A stretch of 64,000 nt of DNA. Source: Patescibacteria group bacterium (GTDB lineage: Bacteria > Patescibacteriota > Minisyncoccia > Phycocordibacterales > EsbW-18). The notes below the pieces were generated by a model that made no database searches, was not told the origin of the DNA, and was given only the letters and a program-made list of their open reading frames with translations. This document shows, piece by piece, positions 58,296-64,000 of the stretch. Position 1 is the first letter of the stretch. Every line of letters begins with the position of its first letter. The stretch spans positions 47,086 through 111,085 of the forward strand of contig JBBTTA010000001.1 of the NCBI GenBank assembly GCA_038064475.1, written 5' to 3'. Position numbers and translations under genes: made by a program.

Positions 58296-59558
58296 TTAGG
58301 GCTCGACGAAGCGCGTCCATCTGCGCTCGGGCGTAATCCACGAGAGAACGGCGTGAATATCGTCCATCGTCAAGGCTCTGAGTTCTTCGATGTCTTCGGC
58401 GACAGGAGAAATGCGGTGCTCGAGTGTAAGATCGCGAAGTGCCCCATCACATACCGATTGCACTGTCGAATCCAAAAGACATTTCTCTTGGACATTCTCA
58501 TCACGAATCCTCCTAAAGAGGTCCTCTCGTGAGGAGAGAGAATCGATACATTCGTTCACAACCTTCTCGACATCGTCGAGTGCTTTGATCTTGAGTGCAT
58601 CACAACTTATCGAGAAATCACAGATGTCACCCAGAGGATCAAACGATGGCTCAATCGAGTACGTCCAACCACGCCTCTCGCGAACCTCATCTGCAAGTAC
58701 TTCACGCAACATGCCCTCAACCACATCGAGTGCTTGTATAGACAGACATCCCGGAAGGACAGCGGCGCTTTCATAACTCGCCGTGCGTGTTGTTTCTTTT
58801 TTGCGGAGGTACTCCGACATTGAAACACGATACTCGTTCTCTGTCGGTGACAAGAAGGTGTGCAGAGGTGTAGGGAGCGCTATGCGTTCTCCGGCTTTAT
58901 CAACACCAAAGGGACTTCGTGAGAAAAGTCTCATGGCATCCCGAAGTGTAAGCCCTCCCACACAGACCACACTTATGTTCGCCGGCACGTAGTGTGCGTC
59001 GTAGAACATTTGCAGATTTTCTTGTGTAGTGCACTGAACTGAGTCGGGGCGTCCTGTCTGATCGAAAAAGCGCCCTCGCCAATGGGCATTGTAGATTGCC
59101 TGCTGACGCCGTTTCGCAAAATCAACAGCAAACTCCATCGGGTATGTTGTGTTGAACTCACCGATGATGATCTCTCGCTCCCGTTCAACACATCGCTCAA
59201 GTATTGCGTTGAGTAACATGTGCCCGTATACATTGAGCAAGTTCGTGAGTAGCGGAACCTCGGCAGGCACAAAAAAGTTGTAATCTGTAGCAGAGTAGTC
59301 CGTTCCAGCTAACCCGTTCGTTTTTCCGCCACATGCTTTGATGTGTTGCTCGATTTCTTTTCGCGTCACCGTGGCATTTTCAAACACCACGTGCTCGACG
59401 AAGTGCGCAACACCCTCCCGTTCAACAGGATCATGTCGCGCGCCACTGTGAACCAAAATTCCAATGGCGACACCTGACCGTCTTGGCCAATGTGCGACGT
59501 GGAGTGTGAGACCATTTGGTAACGTCTCCGTTTTGAATTCAGCGTACGGGTCCCACAC
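58296..59558 (-). CDS. Divergent M16 family peptidase (accessory copy)
   Basis: LPNGL, GVAHFVEH, EVRERRGWTY; own SD-like AAGGGG and terminator near 58247-58284. Confidence 0.85.
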   Translation of the reverse strand: MWDPYAEFKTETLPNGLTLHVAHWPRRSGVAIGILVHSGARHDPVEREGVAHFVEHVVFENATVTRKEIEQHIKACGGKTNGLAGTDYSATDYNFFVPAEVPLLTNLLNVYGHMLLNAILERCVEREREIIIGEFNTTYPMEFAVDFAKRRQQAIYNAHWRGRFFDQTGRPDSVQCTTQENLQMFYDAHYVPANISVVCVGGLTLRDAMRLFSRSPFGVDKAGERIALPTPLHTFLSPTENEYRVSMSEYLRKKETTRTASYESAAVLPGCLSIQALDVVEGMLREVLADEVRERRGWTYSIEPSFDPLGDICDFSISCDALKIKALDDVEKVVNECIDSLSSREDLFRRIRDENVQEKCLLDSTVQSVCDGALRDLTLEHRISPVAEDIEELRALTMDDIHAVLSWITPERRWTRFVEP

Positions 59559-59649
59559 AGTTCACCCCTTTCATGAATAAAGAACAGAGTGTGTCTTTCT
59601 GTATCTATAGCACAAAAAGAGTTTTGCTCAAATGATTTATTGTTCTGCA

Positions 59650-59683
59650 GAGGCGTTGCCTCAATATATTGAGGCAACGCCTC
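59650..59683. repeat. Perfect 34-bp palindrome
   Basis: GAGGCGTTGCCTCAATA|TATTGAGGCAACGCCTC. Confidence 0.95.
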
Positions 59684-59691
59684 GATATATG

Positions 59692-59994
59692 CTAAAGAGC
59701 ACCTTCACGTTTTAAAATCTGAAGTTTCTTTTGCGGACCTCCAAATGCATAGCCGCCCATGCCGCCGTCACTGCGAATGACACGATGACATGGCACGCGC
59801 TTGTCCTTGTTTGCACCCATAACTGAACCCACAGCGCGGGACGCGTGCACGCGTCCCGCGCGTTTCGCAACTTCCGCATACGTCATCGTTTTTCCTCTCG
59901 GAATTTTCGCAACAACTGCATACACCCTCTGTGCGAACGCTGTCTGTGTTCCATTAAAAGAGGCTCTCCGTTGTAGTTTCTGTTTTTTCTTCAT
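59692..59994 (-). CDS. MGMT-family O6-alkylguanine DNA alkyltransferase (single domain)
   Basis: IPRGKTMTY, RAVG, VPCHRV. Confidence 0.88.
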   Translation of the reverse strand: MKKKQKLQRRASFNGTQTAFAQRVYAVVAKIPRGKTMTYAEVAKRAGRVHASRAVGSVMGANKDKRVPCHRVIRSDGGMGGYAFGGPQKKLQILKREGAL

Positions 59995-60838
59995 CTTTTT
60001 TCTTCTCTCCTTTTTGTTTTCTATTATTTGTTTTCTGTTCTTTGTTGTTTGTTTTCTGGGTTTCGATAACGTGTTGTTTGAACGCTTTTCCCGCTACTTC
60101 GCGATACGTACAAAAATCACATGGTCCGCCACCAAACGACGTTCCCATTGGAGGAATCTCATCTGACATGAGCGTTTCTTTCATTTTATAGATAGCAGGC
60201 TCAACCCACGAATCATCCCCTGTATACGGAATAAGCTCCACATCAAATTCAAGTTTTGCATCAAATGCTTTTGCATCGCTTTTACCGTTCACGTACACAA
60301 AATATGCCGTTGGCGAAACAGTGAATCCATTCCGGCGAAATAACCACTGATATATTTCAATTTGTTTTTTGTATGAAGGATAGAGGTCGTCTTTTGTCTT
60401 TGGTCCTTCTTTTTTTGATGTTGCTTTGTAATCAACAATAATCAATTCTCCTTTCGGTGTTATCCAAACATCGTCAACACCACCACGCAAAATAAGGTTT
60501 GTTTCTTCGTGGTGTGTCTTAATGCCTCGACGAAGTGCGTCACGCCATTCTTCCATGCGTTCATCATCAAATGGTACTGCGTCCAAACCATACGTTTTCA
60601 AAAATGGGTGTACCGACTTTGCTGCTCGATGAATATCAAACTCGCGTTTCAAAAGTTCGTCGACTGCATTATTGAGTGTAAACGAGGGTCCTTGTACACG
60701 CTTCACGCCAAGACGCGCGTCCAAATAAAAACAACGAGGACATTCCGTAAAGAGATCAATTTTCGAGCGAGAAAAGGTAAATGGTTCCTTTGATTGCGGA
60801 TCAAATACCTTCGATTTGTATTTTCGCTCAAATGCCAT
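59954..60838 (-). CDS. PD-(D/E)XK nuclease (RecB/Cas4-like)
   Basis: SRSKID..CPRCFY, GGVDD, IVDYK, QIEIY, CDFC. Confidence 0.85.
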   Translation of the reverse strand: MAFERKYKSKVFDPQSKEPFTFSRSKIDLFTECPRCFYLDARLGVKRVQGPSFTLNNAVDELLKREFDIHRAAKSVHPFLKTYGLDAVPFDDERMEEWRDALRRGIKTHHEETNLILRGGVDDVWITPKGELIIVDYKATSKKEGPKTKDDLYPSYKKQIEIYQWLFRRNGFTVSPTAYFVYVNGKSDAKAFDAKLEFDVELIPYTGDDSWVEPAIYKMKETLMSDEIPPMGTSFGGGPCDFCTYREVAGKAFKQHVIETQKTNNKEQKTNNRKQKGEKKKDEEKTETTTESLF

Positions 60839-60909
60839 GAGGCGATTGTATCATGAAAAGAAAAGACGCCGGCGCATAGGAAATGCGGCGGCGTCTGCTG
60901 AAACGAAGA

Positions 60910-61245
60910 CTACTTCTTCGGAACACCCGTGATCTCGCGAAACTTCTCGACGACCCAGTGCGGAACGAATGCGCTCGGGAATCCCGGCAACCGGTCGGCG
61001 TAGGCCGAAGACTCCTGGTTCTTCTTTGGGAGCACGGGCACGGTGAGCTCGACGATCGTGTCCGAATCATCAGGATCTCCGATAACTCGGACATCACCCC
61101 TCACGTAGAGATTGGTGACTGCCCAAAGCGGGACATCGAACCGCTTGAGACGATTGATCGACAGCGAACCTCCGTGCTCGGCGAGCAGAGCAAGAACTCT
61201 TGCCCGCTCGCGACGAATTACATCATTCGTGTTCGTTATGTCCAC
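60910..61245 (-). CDS. Orphan hypothetical protein (111 aa)
   Basis: SD AGGAGG before GTG; promoter TTGACT-16-TATAAT (61300-61327); terminator near 60856-60896. Confidence 0.72.
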   Translation of the reverse strand: MDITNTNDVIRRERARVLALLAEHGGSLSINRLKRFDVPLWAVTNLYVRGDVRVIGDPDDSDTIVELTVPVLPKKNQESSAYADRLPGFPSAFVPHWVVEKFREITGVPKK

Positions 61246-61338
61246 GTATGCCTCCTGTTTCTTAAAACTCTCGTTAATTGTGGGGAACTTTCTGTTGGTA
61301 TTATACCAAAATAGGGGTAAAAGTCAATCCCCCCTCGC

Positions 61339-61776
61339 CTATTGTGGCGTTATTCTGTGCTCGACGTACCAAAATACAGTAAGCGTCATAAGGGTAAGAG
61401 CGGCTGTTGCAATTGCGAGCCCGTAGAGACCGAAACCGACAGCAACACCAATACCTGCTGTTACCCAGAGACCTGCCGCTGTGGTAAGTCCTACCGCTGT
61501 TTGTTCACGCAAAATGATGACACCGGCACCCAAAAATCCGATGCCTGTGATAATGCCTGCGACAACACGCATGACGTCCGACTCATCAATAGACATTGTC
61601 TGACCAACTGTAAGCGCAGTGAGTACAAACAAACATGAGCCAAGAGATACGAGTCCGTACGTACGGAGCCCTGCGGTTTTGTGTGCAAGTGTTCGTTCAA
61701 CACCGATGAGCATGCCGAGTGACGTTGCAATCAACAACTGAAGAAACATTGGGATTTGTGCGAGTATGCTTTCCAT
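61339..61776 (-). CDS. MgtC/SapB family membrane protein
   Basis: IGVER, AGLRT..LVSLGS, GIGFLGAG, GLTTAAGLW. Confidence 0.93.
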   Translation of the reverse strand: MESILAQIPMFLQLLIATSLGMLIGVERTLAHKTAGLRTYGLVSLGSCLFVLTALTVGQTMSIDESDVMRVVAGIITGIGFLGAGVIILREQTAVGLTTAAGLWVTAGIGVAVGFGLYGLAIATAALTLMTLTVFWYVEHRITPQ

Positions 61777-61779
61777 ATA

Positions 61780-62322
61780 TTAGTATGCAATAAATGATGC
61801 GCTGACAACAACGTCATTACGCATCACAACAGTATCTTTTTTAAAATCGAATTCTTTGTCCCCGTCATCATGAAATACGATTGCGCTGTATGAGCTACCT
61901 ACGGTCATTGCGCGAAGAAGGATAATGGTCCCCTGCCAAACGCCCCCATCAAATCGAGCGGCACCAAGAATTGACCCTGAACTTTCTTCACGAATTGCAA
62001 CCCACCCAGATTTTGTCAGTGTCACTGAATCAACATACACGACATCTCCCGCCTTCTGGTTTTTTACCGCAACACTATCCGATCCAACTTTTACAAGAGA
62101 ATCATTCTCTATGTCAGTACGTGCTTCACGAAATGGTTGCCGTGGATCAAGCGCCGTCCCTCTTTCTTCTTCGGGAGTTGTTGATGCCGTTACTGTTGTG
62201 TCATCACTCGATTTCGTGTCGCGCGAAATAAGCAACCATACGACAAGAACAATGCCAAAGAAAATAAGAAGAAACGTAATGATACTCGTAAAACGTGGAT
62301 GTTCTGAAAATGTTCTCGTCAT
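61780..62322 (-). CDS. Membrane-anchored hypothetical protein with beta-rich C-terminal domain
   Basis: N-terminal TM; VKNQ..G..V.V, GWVAI, ILG, DDGD..FD. Confidence 0.75.
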   Translation of the reverse strand: MTRTFSEHPRFTSIITFLLIFFGIVLVVWLLISRDTKSSDDTTVTASTTPEEERGTALDPRQPFREARTDIENDSLVKVGSDSVAVKNQKAGDVVYVDSVTLTKSGWVAIREESSGSILGAARFDGGVWQGTIILLRAMTVGSSYSAIVFHDDGDKEFDFKKDTVVMRNDVVVSASFIAY

Positions 62323-62327
62323 GATAC

Positions 62328-63197
62328 TTATGCGTCGTGTTTGATATCTTCCGCAGTAAATGGCACACAGAGACGGTTCGCTTCGGCAAGCACTGTTGCC
62401 ACCTTCGGTCCCGTAACCCCCGCACGTTCAAGCACATTAGGATTATCAACAACACCGCGACACAACACAACACCGTTTTGGTACAACGTTTCTTTTTCTT
62501 TTCCCGTTAACGTTGTGAGACATGACAGTGGGTGAAGACCCGCTTCTTCAATGAGGTCTTGGACATTACCTTTTGATGGGTATCCCCAACCAATCATGTG
62601 CATACCCACACATGTACCGTAGCGAATCGCATTCTCAGTAAACTTTGTGTTCGTCACCACCCACGATTGTGCTTTTCCTCCACGTGGCACCAATCCTTCG
62701 AACCCCCCTGCTTCTAAATCAAGAAAACGTCCGTGAATATAGAGCGCAACTTTTACATCTGTCTTAAACCCTTGGGCATTATGAAATTTTGCTTCAACGA
62801 GGATGAGTTCTTTGTCGTTGTGCGCAATCACGTCTATTTCATGATCAACACAGTGTCCTTTCATAATTTCACCGACACGAACGTTGTATCCTTTCTTTTT
62901 AAAGACCTCACCGAGCAATGTTTCAAATGGAAAACCTGACGGACCAAGTTCAAGGACTGCACGTCTGAGTGAGTAACGCGCCGCAACCGGCGAATCGGCG
63001 TGCTTCTTCAGGAGTCTTCGCGCATGACGATAGATGTGCGACGTCGTCATGCCGTCTTTCATCTCGCGTTCGATGTGTCCGACAATATCCACCACAGTCG
63101 CCTCTGTTGCACCGGCGTTTTTGAGCGAGCGAACGAGCTTTGACGAATCAAACGGCTCAAGTGCGCCATCGAGTTTTCTTACGAGATGTGTTGCCAT
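62328..63197 (-). CDS. ATP-cone domain fused to Mrr-like restriction endonuclease domain
   Basis: VRKLDG..EPFD..KL..SL (ATP-cone); GFPFE, EIDVIA, VEAK, VVTN; start ATG 63197. Confidence 0.85.
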   Translation of the reverse strand: MATHLVRKLDGALEPFDSSKLVRSLKNAGATEATVVDIVGHIEREMKDGMTTSHIYRHARRLLKKHADSPVAARYSLRRAVLELGPSGFPFETLLGEVFKKKGYNVRVGEIMKGHCVDHEIDVIAHNDKELILVEAKFHNAQGFKTDVKVALYIHGRFLDLEAGGFEGLVPRGGKAQSWVVTNTKFTENAIRYGTCVGMHMIGWGYPSKGNVQDLIEEAGLHPLSCLTTLTGKEKETLYQNGVVLCRGVVDNPNVLERAGVTGPKVATVLAEANRLCVPFTAEDIKHDA

Positions 63198-63216
63198 ACA
63201 TCTCCAGTATATAGCA

Positions 63217-64000
63217 CTAGCCTTTTGTTGTCTTTTGGATAACTCCACCACCGAGGCATGTTTCTCCGTCATACAACACAATGGACTGTCCAGAGTTAAG
63301 TGAGGCAACAGGTTCAGTAAAGGTAACCGCGTACCCTTCCTCTGTTTCCTGTATACGACATGGAAGACGTGGCTGACGATAGCGGAACCGACAGGTATAT
63401 TCTTTTTCTTCTTCGGGCATACCATTTGTCCACGCCGTATTTTCAAGTACGGCACCAATGTATGCATGTTCATTTTCTCCAAGCACATCTTGAGACACCG
63501 TAATTGTGTTTGTGTCGATATTTTTATCAACAACATAATATGGCGTATCGTTCGGAGTTTTCTTTGTGATGGTAAAACCATGACGCTGTCCGCGTGTATA
63601 GAAAAATGCTCCTTCATGGTGTCCAATAACTTCCCCTGAAACTGACAATACGTCCCCCTGTTTTTCTTCGATATAGCGCTTCAAAAAATCCCGCATTTCA
63701 AGTTTTCCAAGGAAACACACCCCCTGACTATCTTTTTTATCCGCAACAGGAAGGTCAAAACGTTTTGCAATCTCTCGCACCTCTGATTTTTTATACTCAC
63801 CAATTGGAAAAAGAACGTGCTGTAATTTCTCTTGTGGTACTGCCCACAAAAAATAGCTTTGATCTTTATTTGTATCAATACCAGTCAAGAGTGACGTGTT
63901 TCCATCTTCATCTGTCTCAACACGCGCATAGTGACCCGTTGCCACATATTCCGCTCCGTGTGCACGCGCATATTCGAAAAATCCTCCAAACTTAATGAAT
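63217..64000 (-). CDS. mnmA: tRNA 2-thiouridylase (3' part; start beyond the window)
   Basis: ATGHYA, KDQSYFL, KKDSQGVCF, YTRGQRHG, GQSIVLY, CLGGG. Confidence 0.97.
   Translation of the reverse strand, partial: FIKFGGFFEYARAHGAEYVATGHYARVETDEDGNTSLLTGIDTNKDQSYFLWAVPQEKLQHVLFPIGEYKKSEVREIAKRFDLPVADKKDSQGVCFLGKLEMRDFLKRYIEEKQGDVLSVSGEVIGHHEGAFFYTRGQRHGFTITKKTPNDTPYYVVDKNIDTNTITVSQDVLGENEHAYIGAVLENTAWTNGMPEEEKEYTCRFRYRQPRLPCRIQETEEGYAVTFTEPVASLNSGQSIVLYDGETCLGGGVIQKTTKG

Noticed and set aside
59954-60838. Cas4 of a CRISPR system
   Set aside because: No array or other cas genes; the final Cys of the Cas4 cluster motif is missing
1-64000. Alternative genetic code (UGA = Gly, as in Gracilibacteria/Absconditabacteria)
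   Set aside because: Conserved genes translate full length in code 11, and rsmH ends at TGA at the expected position

Overview
A gene-dense, almost entirely minus-strand core-genome segment from a reduced bacterium. The gene set and shortened proteins fit Patescibacteria/Parcubacteria (CPR); this is inferred, not database-confirmed. It holds scpA (partial), aspS, trpS, glyQS, dnaJ-dnaK-grpE, the infA-rpmJ-rpsM-rpsK-rpsD-rpoA-rplQ-rplM-rpsI cluster, alaS, DNA-repair genes, two mreB paralogues, murA, priA, rpoD-dnaG-rpoC-rpoB, trmD-khpA-rpsP, the mraZ-rsmH-ftsL-ftsI-murF and mreBCD-mrdA clusters, lysS-greA, proS, rseP, frr and mnmA (partial). I saw no rRNA, tRNA, CRISPR array, transposase or integrase. 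The unexplained structure is intergenic. (1) Three highly structured units around glyQS, each with a promoter and terminator and no convincing protein; one opens with a Gly-codon run and ends just before glyQS. (2) About eight self-contained orphan cassettes (sigma70 promoter, Shine-Dalgarno, terminator) between housekeeping genes that themselves look leaderless; they include a three-member divergent paralogue family and a 70-aa protein with an Hda-like clamp-binding motif. (3) Dispersed structured repeats, one pair showing five compensatory base-pair changes, plus long perfect palindromes and 7-8-mer repeat hairpins that have also entered coding sequence. Many ORF-track starts were moved to a downstream ATG.
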